DNA of 64,000 bases from Callorhinchus milii (lineage: Eukaryota), in NCBI RefSeq assembly GCF_018977255.1, contig NW_024704743.1, forward strand, positions 92,692,001 to 92,756,000, in the 5' to 3' direction. Under the pieces are notes generated by a model. The model ran no database searches. It was not told where the DNA came from and was given only the letters and a program-made list of their open reading frames with translations. The position numbers and the translations under genes are program-made. Below are positions 11,486-23,466 of the stretch, one piece after another. Within the stretch, counting starts at the first letter, position 1; each line of letters opens with the position of its first letter.

Positions 11486-13249
11486 TTAATGATAAATAAT
11501 ACTTGATTTTGTACAGCACCAAATCTGCTATAGGTGAATGCCCACCAAACAGGACTTATTTATTTGTTGTCTCTGAAACAGACAGGTTTGATCCTGACCC
11601 TAAGTAAAAAACAAAACTGAAAAATTTCTATGGCGCTGTCATTCTTCACATTTTTTTTAATATACTTAAAAATATCATAGTCATCTGAATGCTGGTGAGT
11701 GGAACTCCACACATGCATGCAAGTAGACCTGCACAATATGTCTCAGTAGCATGTGCTAAGACAGCATGCTAACTTAGCGCTGTCAACTTGCATTGTTCTG
11801 AAGCAGGAACTACCACCATTAAATTGGTGATGCAGTTCAAGGGCATAACTTGCCTCATTTTATATTACGTCTGATTCACAACCTAAAAAAAACAGTTTCT
11901 TGTATCTAATATATTCTTTCATGGTCAAGTGATGGAATGATTTCAAGTTTTTCTTGTCATTGTTGGTTTCTACAAGTTTACAAACAAGTAAGACTCAATC
12001 TAGCAGCAATACACTTCAGATCTTGGCAGAGGTTCTCCTTTGCATTTTAAAAAGCACAGCAACAGTGATTAGATGGCAATGTTGTGCTATTCAAGTGCAT
12101 CTTCCCATTTCAGCTCTTAAGAGCCTCCATTATCACTTGGAATGTCACCAATGCAGTCGTAACAGCAACACAACCATAGACTGTTGATGAAATATAAACA
12201 GTTAAGCGTTCATACTGAGCAAACTAAAAATCATAAGCTGCTATGATTTAGTGTCTCATAGAAGCATGGAAATTATAATAGGAAGGAAATTATTTGGCCC
12301 ACTGTACATTCGTTGATGCTATCTTCTCAAATGATTTACTTTTTCTCTACATTGTTTCCCAGTGGTTCATCATATGATGACCATATTAAAAACATCTCTT
12401 GAAACATCTTAAAAATCTCCTAAAGTCATTGTCATGAGTTGAAAAAGGTTGTCAGGATCTCTCACTTTCAGTTAACTCTGGACACAGGAAGTGAGGACTG
12501 TAGGCTGTGCAAGGCTGCTTATTTCCAATAAAAAGTTTAAATCAGATTTTCATGCATTTGGACTTGCCAAAGGGATATTGCTCCAGGCAACTTTCTAATC
12601 AAACCAGTCTGCTCGATTACGAAGTACGCAGTTTACATTTCTTAGAAGCTCCTTGAGGGGTCTCTTCAGAAATTCAAGCAAATTTTCATCTCTTTCAGTT
12701 GAATTTCTTCAGCTGAGCTATGCAGATTTCTCCAGTTAAATCAAACTAAATAATCAACAACTATTTTCGCTTAAGTGGCCAAATATAACCTTGGAGTAAT
12801 GATATATCATAACACTAAAATTTTACAACCTCTGCTAAATAATTGGCTGACCAAAATCAGCTTCATATGCAATAATGTCATTATAAAATATATTTATATA
12901 CTCTGCCTTGAGAGAACAGCAATACATAACTTCTGCATCCATTCAAAGTGGATGGAGCAGAATTATCTTTTCATCATGGGGATAGTTGACTGTACCATTC
13001 TCAGTAGTCAGCAACAGGTCATTATTGTTATTATTATTTATTATTACTATTATTGGTTATTATTTTCTACTGTGCTTTTGGTCATCTTCCCCCCCACCAC
13101 CACTCCAAATTAAGACTGAATTCAGGAACATTTCACAAATATGTTCCAACTTGAATTTTAAGACAAAATGGTCTTACACGTTAAGACTAGATGGGATTTC
13201 AGGCTATTATCCACAATGAAATGGAATGGACCAACTAAATGACTAGCTT

Positions 13250-13580
13250 CCTCTTGCAAGCGAGAGGAACTGGGTTTGATTACCGGGCAGGGCGAAACCT
13301 TACGCAAGTTTCCTTACTCCACATGCTTTGGTTTACCTAGCAGTAAGTAGGAACACAGTTGTTAGTCGATTGACAGATCATTTTTCTGGGCGTAATAATC
13401 CTTTCAAAAAATGAAAATAATAATCACAATATGGTCACTCAATCCACAACTGAGTGTGCAACTGGTTGCCACATTTCATTCATAAAATATAGTCAATTAA
13501 TTTTACCATATATTCTGTGAAGTGCTTTGAGATGTCTTGAAGACCTGATAAGGCACTATACCAAATGCAAGGCTTATTAT
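13250..13580 (+). mobile_element. tRNA-derived SINE, long form
   Basis: Partial tRNA head, extra block gtttacctagcagtaagtaggaac...gttagtcgatt, Deu-like 3' segment and L2 tail. Confidence 0.85.
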
Positions 13581-13735
13581 TAATATTATTAATAAATATT
13601 ATTATTGATATTATTGATATTATTAATAATATTATTATTGATAGTGATAAAATTATATTACAATATTATTATTTTATTATAATTATATTTGTATTATTTT
13701 TAATTGTTTTATTACTACTATTATAATAATAACCC
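13575..13735. repeat. Degenerate (TAT)n/(ATA)n low-complexity tract
   Basis: Expanded tails between two convergent SINEs. Confidence 0.85.
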
Positions 13736-13927
13736 TTACATTTTGATACAGCACTTTTCACGTCTTCTAGGTATCTCAAAGCGCTTTACAGAATATAATG
13801 TAAAGTGAATTGACCGTATATTTGTGGGCGAAACACAGCAGCCAATTCCGCACAGCAGTGTCCCACAAACAGTCATTGATTGAGAATGACCAATTTATTA
13901 TTATTTTTTGTTTTGGAGGGATTATTT
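13735..13927 (-). mobile_element. SINE 3' part
   Basis: aaagtgaattgaccgtatatttgtgggcgaaacacagcagccaatt matches the family consensus seen in other copies. Confidence 0.88.
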
Positions 13928-14559
13928 ACTATTTACTATTACTACTATGATTATTTAAACCATTTTAGCATTGAATGCAGAAATACATTACAAAGCATCC
14001 AAAATAACCAGTGTGAAATTATTGCAATTATTTATTCTTAGCTTATGTGGCCATAAATCTGTTTATGGAACTAGAATAAGTTTCATGAATAATTTGATTG
14101 AGCATTCTTCAAATTTACAGTTAATAACAATGCAACAATTTCATGGTCTATAATGAGACGAGTATAAAATACCGCAAAGAAACTTAGAGAGAATACCTCA
14201 CTGGTGACAAGTGAGCTATGATATTTCTATTATTAGTGTGAAATATTTATAACTTAAGAGAACTGAGGGCATACAAAATAATTACGATGGTCTTTTAACC
14301 TAGTCAAAAACAACACTCGGTGATGAGATATCTTGTGCCCTAAATCCTCATTTCTAAAATAAATGGTTGAAATATTTTCTAGATGACACAGTGTCTAATC
14401 GTGCCTGAAATGCTGCAGTATTCAGTGTGTGAATCACAATTTTGTTGCCATAAAAATAGAATCAGCATCTAATAAAGGATAACCTTCATTGGCCACTGTT
14501 TCACATGATAATAGTAATCATCCTTGCAATCTGGTATAGTGCCTAAAACAACTTAAAGC

Positions 14560-14800
14560 ACTTTACAGTTAACTACGGTGTCAAGTGCAGTGGCTTTCAT
14601 TGATAGGCGAGCACAGTAGCGAATTTGCTTATAGTAAGATCCCACAAACAGAGATGAAATTAATAAAACGAATATCTGAAGGATTGTTGGCCAGGATATC
14701 AGAAGAAAATTACTTATCTTTTCCACAGTGTCGTGGAATCTTTGATGTCCACCTGAAGAACAGACAGAAACCCAGTTTAATATCACACCCCTAATTTCAG
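14560..14800 (-). mobile_element. Old Deu-domain SINE fragment
   Basis: aagatcccacaaacag, gttggccagga and ggaatctttgatgtccacctga motifs. Confidence 0.7.
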
Positions 14801-15587
14801 CACAGTGGTCTCACCCAAAGTACTTTCATTGTTGTTTCTGATTTCTGATTGCGTTTCCAAATCCCGATCATGGTGTTTAAATGTCAGCACAAAATTGACT
14901 TTCTAACTTTTACACCACCATGTTGGATGGCACTCAGCTATATCAGGCCTGGATTCATTCATTCAGCTCTGAGCCAGCATTTCTGTTCTGCCTCCTAGAA
15001 TGGCATTTTAGTTAAGGAGTTTTCTATCATAAGTTGCATTGAATTGCTACTGTTTTCAATCAAACACAACACTTGGAGCACTAAAATTTACCCAAGTTAG
15101 AGTGGATGAGGGTTGTTAACGATAGACCAGCCAGTCTGGTTAATTGGTAGGACTTGGCAGGACAGACTAGTCACTGGGAGCAGGGATTCTTTGCTCTTGG
15201 CTCCTGTTAACCTTGCAAGTAAACGTGCTAATGAGTAGGGTGGTCCTGGATGGACAAGCCATGGAAAACTTGCTAATCAGTGGTCCCAATGGCAAGCTGT
15301 ACCATTCTAGCTTGTTCAACTCCATCTGTTCCTTCATGCATAGTGTGGGAATACCAAGCACTGGCTCTCACCAACCTGTGCCTAAGATTCTCTGGAATTA
15401 TATAAGCAGGGTTGCCTTATCTAATTCTATTCCAATCATAGGCAAATTTTCACATGTAATTCCATTTTTGACAAATGCATTAAACACAATATTAGCTGCT
15501 TTATGCAGCTGCAGTTTTCAGTAAAGGAAACCAATTCAGTCCAAGATTAAAGAAAAAGAGTACAGGAAATGTATTTATGTAAATTAA

Positions 15588-15880
15588 TACAACAACTTGC
15601 TTTAATATGGCACTATTCACACAGGATAACATTTCAGAGCACTTCACAAAGATAGTGTCAGATGCCAATCAAAGGGAGGTGGGAGGTACAGTCAAAGAGG
15701 CAGTGTTTCTAAGTGGGATTTCAAGACAGAACAAGAGGTGGTGAGACAAAGGGAGTAGAGGGAAGGAGTTCCAGAGGTTAGGGGGCTTAGTAAGTCTGAG
15801 ACACCAATGTTGGTGTGGAGGCGGCCAGGAAACGTGCAACAAGCCCAAGTGAAGGGGGTGAGTCAAGGAGTGGGGTAGGA
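15588..15880 (-). mobile_element. Old L2 3' fragment
   Basis: acaacaacttgc tail followed by a purine-rich body with gggaaggagttccagagg. Confidence 0.6.
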
Positions 15881-17375
15881 TAAACAACTATTTTCCCCAC
15901 AGAGTAAAATTACCAATGTAGTCACAATGAATGAAGTGAGGTTATGGAGATCAAGGTGTGATACCTGTGTAAGATAGACTGTTGTGAAACAATTTGACCT
16001 GTGCTGAGAAAATACTACAGGGATTATAGTCATTTCTCTGATTCACTGCTGCCAGTGCTTTTTTTAAATAGGTACTACTTTACCATATTATTTTTCTATC
16101 ATATAGAGAGAAAGCCTTACAGAAAGCTACAAAAAGGAAAATTAATTTGCAGCCAGTTCATTGGTCTTGCTTGTCATTTTTCACCTTGCTGAAAGAATTA
16201 GTTGAGTTACTAAATGGCTGCTGGCATATATCTTGAAAGTAAAACGTAGGTACATTCAGTTGCAGTTCTGAGCAGAAGCTGTAGTAATGGATCATCTATT
16301 TATTACTGGCAAAACCTTCCCCAGTTGTGTAGCAACCAGTGACAGAAGAATTTATAAATTTATAAATCTTGAGCCACTATCAGAAGTTGTCAATGCAACA
16401 GTACAAGGTCACACAGGATCACAAGAGAGGCTCGGATTTGGAAGGCCCTTTAGCTCATCCATCATTAGCTACAAAGAGAATAGTGGCAATCGGTCCCAGT
16501 CACAACATGAATCAGCACTGGGCCTTGCTGACTCCAACACCAACCAGTTGAAAGTTCCAGCCTCTGCCTACACCAACACATTCAGGCATTGCAGGAAATA
16601 ATCTGGAAGCTAACAAGAGAAAACAAAGAGAGCAGAATTTCATGGAAAAGCAGAGAGCGTGAGTTTGGAAGGTGTCAAAAGTGAGTGTGTGGGAGATAGA
16701 GGGGCAGAGTGTGAGCATGAAAGATGTGACACAAGTGGGAGCAAAAGGGAGAGAGGCAGTCTACGCATCCTTCAAGAAGTTGTTTTCTGTGAAGGACACT
16801 ATCTAAATGCAAGTTGTTGTCGTTGGTGTTGCAGCACTTGTCCCAAAGAAGAATGAAACAAAACAGTTGTGCACACATTGCCACAAACTTAACAGGTATA
16901 ATCAGAAACTGAGATGCATCATATACATTACCTTTGGAGAATTTGGGGAAGTTAAAAAGGGCTAAGATTCTAACTACCTTGAAATGTACTAAACACTATT
17001 AAAACGTAATGTTAATGCAAGATGGTACAGTCTTAAGGAACACTGCCCTGATACCAAATATCAGCATTTGAGTGCAGCCAAAGAGAAGACCAATTGAATT
17101 ATGTATTTTTGCTGTTACACTCAATACCACTAGAATTTATCGACAGTATCAATTTGGTGACATTTCATAACCCATTCCTTTTGATAATTTGTTATGAAAT
17201 ACTGCAAGTTTCCTCCTGCGTTTGTTCCATTGCAACAACTGTATTGTCAGAGATCAGATCAGACATACAGTGTGTTGCATACTGCAGGTTTGTGTGCATT
17301 TTGAATTGTTTCAGACAAGATCAAAGATTCACAGCTTTGGTTAGCAATTTTCCAAACGTTTTCACATATAGTAGT

Positions 17376-17994
17376 TGTTAGAATTTACACTTTTTGTATA
17401 ATGTTAGAATCATAATAGATGTTGCGAACGGGTTAACTTTTAAGTTAAGTGTGTTGTGGGCAGCTGGACTGAAACTCCCTACACGTACACGAGATAACGG
17501 ACTGTCTCAAGGACAGTGTGTTTGTGTGTGTGAGGCACGTACACCCCATGAGGTGTTCACGTGAACCCAGCATGATTTTGACCGGGTGATCTAATATCCG
17601 CACCATGATTGGATGAATATTGGTATAAGAGTTCCGATAACTTTGTGTACGGGGCCGTCCCGGGTCGCGGAGACAAGGATACAGAGATGGAAGACTGAGA
17701 GCTGGAAACACTAAGACTGAGGATATCAGATGGAAGATTGAAAGCTGTAAGCAAGAAGACTGAAAGCATGAAGAATCAAGCTTGTGTGCTGGAAAGACAC
17801 AGTGTTGAACTCTTGAACTCGAGATATCTATAGTGGTGTTATCCTGTTATAAGTTCTGTTGATTGTACCGGCCTTTGGTCTGACCCATCGGGATATTGGG
17901 GAATAACGAACAAATTATAATAAAACAGTCTGATATCTGGTTAGAGGAATTAGCGTTATTTCCTTGCAGATTTGGCTGATTTTATTTTCTAACA
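17376..17994 (+). mobile_element. Solo LTR, 619 bp (ERV- or Gypsy-type)
   Basis: It begins TGTTAGAA and ends TTCTAACA, a perfect 8-bp inverted pair with TG...CA termini. It is flanked by a TAGT direct repeat (17372-17375 and 17995-17998). ATTGG boxes lie at 17608 and 17619, TATAAG at 17624 and AATAAA at 17919. CpG-rich. Confidence 0.88.
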
Positions 17995-18133
17995 TAGTCA
18001 GGACAGTGAAATGTCTCATCTGCACCTTGTCAGAACATTACTATATTTGAATTGTTTATGAGCTCGTCATTTGGCATAGAGGATCTCTTCTTCCAAGGTC
18101 AGAGATGTCATTGCAACCATTATTAAATAAGTA

Positions 18134-18212
18134 CAACAACAAGATTCCATGTATAGAGCACCTTTCACGTTGGGAGGACGTCCCAAGGCGCTGGACAGTT
18201 GGGTCAGGACTG
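18134..18212 (-). mobile_element. L2 tail-only insertion
   Basis: Near-identical to 4015-4095. Confidence 0.85.
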
Positions 18213-18389
18213 TCAGGTCAGGTCTTCAAGTAAGATTTGAATTGGAAGTATGTTTAGTCTCTTTATTTAATGTAATATTAAAAGAACATGAAGGCAGTTT
18301 AAATGCACCACAACTGTTGAGCCAACCCCAGTACGATGTCATACAATCTGATTTCTAATTAAACAACTTCATAAACAACCTGCTTAAGA

Positions 18390-18832
18390 AAACAACTCTC
18401 AATTCCTTCAACCTTGCGCACTACCATCCTATTTCAAACCTGCCCTTCCTGGCCAAAGCACAGGAATACGCTGTTGCAAACCAACTTCGCTCACACCTCA
18501 CCCTCCGCTCCCTTTTCAAACCCCTCCAGTCCGGTTTGCACCCAGCCCACAGAAAAGAGGCAGCGCTCATCAAAATAACAAATGGCATTCCATTTCTCTG
18601 TGAGCAGGGCACCCTTCGTTCCTTGTCCTTCTGGACCTCTTCACTGCGATCAACACAGTCAAGCATGCCATCCTCCTCCACCACCTCTCCAACACGCCAT
18701 TTGTCTACAAATACAGTCACTACACTTTACAGTAAATCTGTGAAGTGCTTTTAGAAGTTTTGACAACATGTTTGTCAAGCCCCTTGGGATGTTATCTCAA
18801 CGTGAAAGGCACTATATAAATGTAAATTTGTT
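18390..18832 (+). mobile_element. L2 internal RT fragment joined to SINE/L2 3' ends
   Basis: Degenerate frame [12 protein letters not shown]...PLQSGLHPAHRKEAALIKITN. From about 18705 it continues with Deu-type aaatacagtcactacacttt and an L2 tail. Confidence 0.75.
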
Positions 18833-19769
18833 GAGGGTGTTGTGGTACGGCACTATATTTAAATGCGTTGATTACAAGCCAGATAAGTAAGAAACCTACC
18901 TAACCTTACATGCTACATTACACATCACAGGCTAGTTGCCTTCATTGTACGTTTCTATGACAACATAAACTTGCATTTATATGCCACTCTTGATGCATGG
19001 AAGGGTAGTGTCTCAGAGTGTTTAAACCTCTGCAGTTTAGGAACTATCACGCCTTATTGCAGCAAAATGTGATAAAAAATCACAATACAAAGTAACCGTT
19101 CAATGCAGATGATGTTACTCAGAAAAGGATCCTACTTATACTGAACCTACAGGTGACCAGAATAAGTCAGTATTCAAGAGGGATTTTTAAAAAAGATTTA
19201 TTAATTGAATGGATCACAAAGCATTCAATTAATATGCTTCAACATGTAAATACTGAAAGAATTATTAATTATTCTGTCCCTCTTCATCGTGTGATATTTT
19301 AATAAAATTAAGTTTATAATATTTATATTTCTATGTGAAGCTTAAATGGAATACTTCTGAGATTATTAAGCAAAGTTAATTATTTACCATAAGGAAAAGA
19401 TGAAAAGCTGCATTGACTTTTTGACTTTTAATGCTGTTGAGAACATTACCAGAAGAGTTAAGGGAAAGGAGGAGGGAAGGATAAATTCTAAGCAGACTGC
19501 CTTTCAGTATTCAAGGAAGCAATAAATTAATTTGTAGAAATATGATGAAAAATAAAACAAAACCAAAAAGCATTACAAAGAGAACACAATATTTTACCGC
19601 TACTGAATATGCACTCACACTTCTATATTTTTATTCCATGTTATATTTCAATTCACTCATTATTTTTGATAGACTGTAGAATACTGTAAATGCAACATAA
19701 GAATTGTCTGCAACTCCTGGACAGGCTCCATCTCCAAATTATTTTAATAATAATAATTATTATTATATT

Positions 19770-20168
19770 ATTATCCTCACCTTTAAGGCCATCCATGGCC
19801 TTGCCCCTCCTACCTCTCTGACCTACTGACTCCCTACCAACTTGCCCACTCCCTCCGTTCATCGGGCTCCGGCCTGCTCCATCCCGCCCGACCATCGGTG
19901 GCCGGGCTTTCAGCCTCTCTGCCCCAGCACTCTGGAACTCCATCCCATGGTCCCTTCACCTCGCTTCCTCCCATGCCTCCTTCAAGGCCGGTCTCAAGAC
20001 CCTTCTCTTCGACCGTGCCTTTGGTCTCCCTCCCACCTCTCCGCCTTCCCTCATCCCTACAGCACCCCTCCCCCATGCTCGGGCCCCGATACCTGACTGT
20101 TCAGCGCTTTGGGACATCCTCCTGCCGTGAAAGGCGCTCTATAAATGTAATTTTGTTGCTGTTGTTGT
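19770..20168 (+). mobile_element. L2 3' fragment
   Basis: [12 protein letters not shown]...PTIGGRAFSL...LFDRAF frame, followed by the conserved tail and (TTG)n. Confidence 0.9.
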
Positions 20169-20169
20169 G

Positions 20170-20541
20170 CTTGCATTTGATATAGCTCTTTATTCCGCCG
20201 TTGAGATATCTCAAAGCACTTCACAGGATATAATAATAATAATCCTTGCATTTGATATAGCGCTCTGAATCAACTGTATATATTGTGGGTGAAACAGCAG
20301 CCAATTGCACACAGTAGTGTCCCACAAACAGTTGTAGATTGAGTGACCAAATTATTATTTATTACTTTTGGGGGCTTATTACCAATGGTTGGCAATCCAC
20401 CAATGGACTAACAACCTATTTCCTGTTTACTGCTAGTGAACAGGTATGTGCAGTAAGAAAATCTGCCTAAGGTTTTGCCCTGCCCAGGAATCGAACTCAG
20501 CCTGCAAGACGAATGCTCTAACCAATACATTACAGGACTCC
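20170..20541 (-). mobile_element. tRNA-derived SINE, long form, with doubled tail
   Basis: The head ends at tacaggactcc (20541). It contains the ctgctagtgaacag block. Two cttgcatttgatatagc tails are present. Confidence 0.8.
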
Positions 20542-21354
20542 ATGAGTTCAGGTATTGTGTACGTTCCTAACGGAAGATCAGCTGTACTTATTCTCCTGTA
20601 AGCAGCCATCTGCCTCTTCAATTTCCCAACATTTTACTCCTGCATTTACAACCCAAAAACTCATACTGCAATGTTTGAATAAATCGACCAGCTTCTGAGG
20701 TTCCTAGCATCATGCATAATAAACAGAATTTTTTAAAATAATGTTCAGCTACTATTTATTTCCCCGAGTAGATTTTTTTGGCTATCTTCTAAAGTGGCAT
20801 CTTTAATGATTCAGGTTAGCTAATCTCCTGCATAATAGATTTATAATCTATCTTAATATGTCATGGATCACTATAAAATATGAAGCATTTCTCTGGGCAG
20901 CAAATAATAAATTAGCAACTTTATCAATCTTTTACATTTTCTAAGGGTCTCCAGATACATAGCAGCATATGGATGTGTTGCAGACAGCTCAAGGGATCTC
21001 ATCAACTGTTGTTCCGCAGTGCTTGCAACATACTACTGAAATAAAAAACCCATCAAAATGGAATATATTAGTAACCTTATGAATATAGAGGAAACAACTG
21101 TGGCATTCCTTCACCCATTCCTTAATTTAACATAAGAGATGGGCTAAGCAATAGCCACACATTTGTTTCTATTTCTTTATTTAACGCCACCCTTGCCGAC
21201 AAAGCACTTAACTGTACTCTGTGCTGTTCTCAACCTCCGATCTCTCTCAGCCTCCAAACTAGTTGTCCTATCCCAATGTCATCCCATCCGCCATGTCAAC
21301 TAGATTAGCATAGTTGAAAATATTCCCTTACAGGAGCCAAACTATACAATACAA

Positions 21355-21570
21355 CAAATACAATTTACATTTATACTGCGCATTTTACATCAGGAGGATG
21401 TCCTAAAATGCTCACCAATTTTGACTGAGCACCAGAGATGAAGGTTGCAGCTGAGGGGGTGAGGAGTGGAAAAATGTCTGAAAGTGCAGTCAAAGAGGTA
21501 CATTTTCAGGCATACCTTGAAAGGGGAGAGGGAGTTGTCGGGACCTGGGAATGGAGCACTACAGAGTTCT
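21355..21570 (-). mobile_element. Old L2 3' fragment
   Basis: Tail motif tttacatcaggaggatgtcct followed by a degenerate L2 3' body. Confidence 0.6.
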
Positions 21571-22172
21571 AACAATGTTGTGCACAAGAAAATAAAAAGC
21601 TGCAACCAAACTAACTGAGTTCAGGTGTCTGACACTTCAAGCCTTAATGTGAAAACACATTAATCAACCACAATTTAAATTGAACTAGCTACATGGAGTA
21701 GCAACCAGTTCATGATTTTTTGTTAAAGACCAAACACTTTAATACTCATCTCAATCAAATTTATTTCAGATTTGCTGAACTGCAATTCAGCAATCACTTA
21801 AGCTAATTAAGTTCAATAAAATTAGATTTTAGTGTATTCATTCTAAAAAAAAGTATTCATCATTTCAATTTGAGTACACTGAAATCTGGATATTGTACAC
21901 TTTCCAAAATTGACTTTATATTCTCCGTATTGGATATTAGCAGAAAGTAATTATTTGGCAGGTGCTAGTTGAATGAGTGAGACCCGAAAGATTTTGAAAG
22001 CTGAAAAGACTCAAACGGTAATTCAGCTCAATTGAAAATATCACAGAAAGTACTTTCTCCCATTCATTACAAGCAACATTTGGTCTTCAAGGTTTAACAT
22101 TTAGTGACTAGCAGCATTCATAAAATGAACATGTTGCAATATTGAACCTCCTGAGTTAAAGTTCTTCTGAAC

Positions 22173-22538
22173 TAATGGTGACCAACATTTTTGATTGGCT
22201 AACCAAATCCATTTTTCTTTATTGAATTTGTTTTTATGGCCGTACCATGTGTATTGCTGCTCTGTAGCTACTGGAAACAAGGTATTGATTTGCCGCAAAT
22301 TTGCCTGGACCGGTGAAGGGTTTCAGAGGGTCGCTTATTGACATCCCCAAAGTGGCCCACCGTGCATCAGGAAGTGGCCACCAAACACCCACACCAGTCC
22401 AGGCAAGTTTGTAGCAAATCAATACTTTGTTTCCAATAGCTACCGAGCCAAGATACCCATGGCATGGCCATAAATGAAGAAATATTCAATAAAGAAAAAT
22501 GTATTTGGTTGGCCGTTCAAAAAGGTTGGCCACCTCTG
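22173..22538. mobile_element. Non-autonomous hAT-type DNA transposon (MITE), 366 bp
   Basis: Imperfect TIRs of about 143 bp (22173-22315 and 22392-22538). The right terminus reads CAGAGGTGGCCAACC inward. The 8-bp flanks TTCTGAAC and TTCTAGAC are 6/8 identical, and the right one fits the Charlie-type NTCTAGAN target. Confidence 0.82.
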
Positions 22539-23139
22539 TTCTAGACTATTAAGTGGGAATGTAGAGAATCCAATACAGTTGAGGAAAGAAAGTGTCCAGA
22601 GGGAGCGATGCAATGGAAGGTGCTAATAGGCAGTTTTATCAGTGCCCGGGGAATCTCACTAACAGTCAAATCTTTCCGCAGGGAGTTGGACTCCAGAAGC
22701 TTACTGCTGGATAAGATTGCAAGTGATGAGATCAGTTGAGGTTTTCAGGGGAAATGTATTGGCTGAGTTTGAAGAGGAAGGATATCAGTATAGATTGCTG
22801 AGGGAGGGAGAAAATAACAGTAATATTACAAAACCCAGATAAGATTTAAGGTACTTGTTCACACTAGAATCAGTGCATCTGTGAGGGCAATACCGTCCAA
22901 GATTGTAAAACTGCCTACACCTATTGATAAGCAAGACAAGTTTGAGTCTATCAAGAGTGCCTTCGATTATTGTGGATTTTCCTGACTTAACCAGAGGCAT
23001 CTAAAACTGGTTCAACCCTAGACAGATCCCACTAACCTCCCTTATGAGGAGAACTATTTAAGCTCATGGTACAGTACTCATTGTATTATCTCAAAAATGT
23101 GAAAGGCGAAACACATACTTTGTATAATTGTATAATTAT

Positions 23140-23466
23140 GGAGTCCTGGAGCTCAGTGGTTAGAGCACTCACTTTGCAAGCGAGAGACCTGAGTTCAATT
23201 CCAGGCAGGTCAGGGCGAAACCTTGGGCAAGTTTCCTTACTCCACACACCTAGCAATAATCCAATAATCAAAACCAAAAACAATAATAAATTGGTCATTT
23301 TCAATCTACGACTGTTTGTGGGACATTGCTGTGCGCAATTGGCTGCCGCGTTCGCCCACAAATATACAGTCAATTCACTTTACAGTGTGTTCTGTGAAGC
23401 GCTTTGGGACGTCCTCCTGTCGTGAAAAGCGCTATATCAAATGTAAGGATTAATATTATTATTATT
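23140..23466 (+). mobile_element. Young full-length tRNA-derived SINE, short form
   Basis: A box agctcagtgg, B box gttcaattcc, Deu-like gtgggacattgctgtgcgcaattggctgccgcg, L2 tail and (TAT)n. Confidence 0.95.

Noticed and set aside
16287..16640. 104-aa plus-strand ORF and a strong minus-strand pyrimidine tract/acceptor near 16602
   Set aside because: No recognisable protein. All minus-strand frames stop soon after the acceptor and I found no convincing donor.
23140..23215. tRNA-Ala gene
   Set aside because: It is the head of a multi-copy SINE and runs straight into the SINE body.
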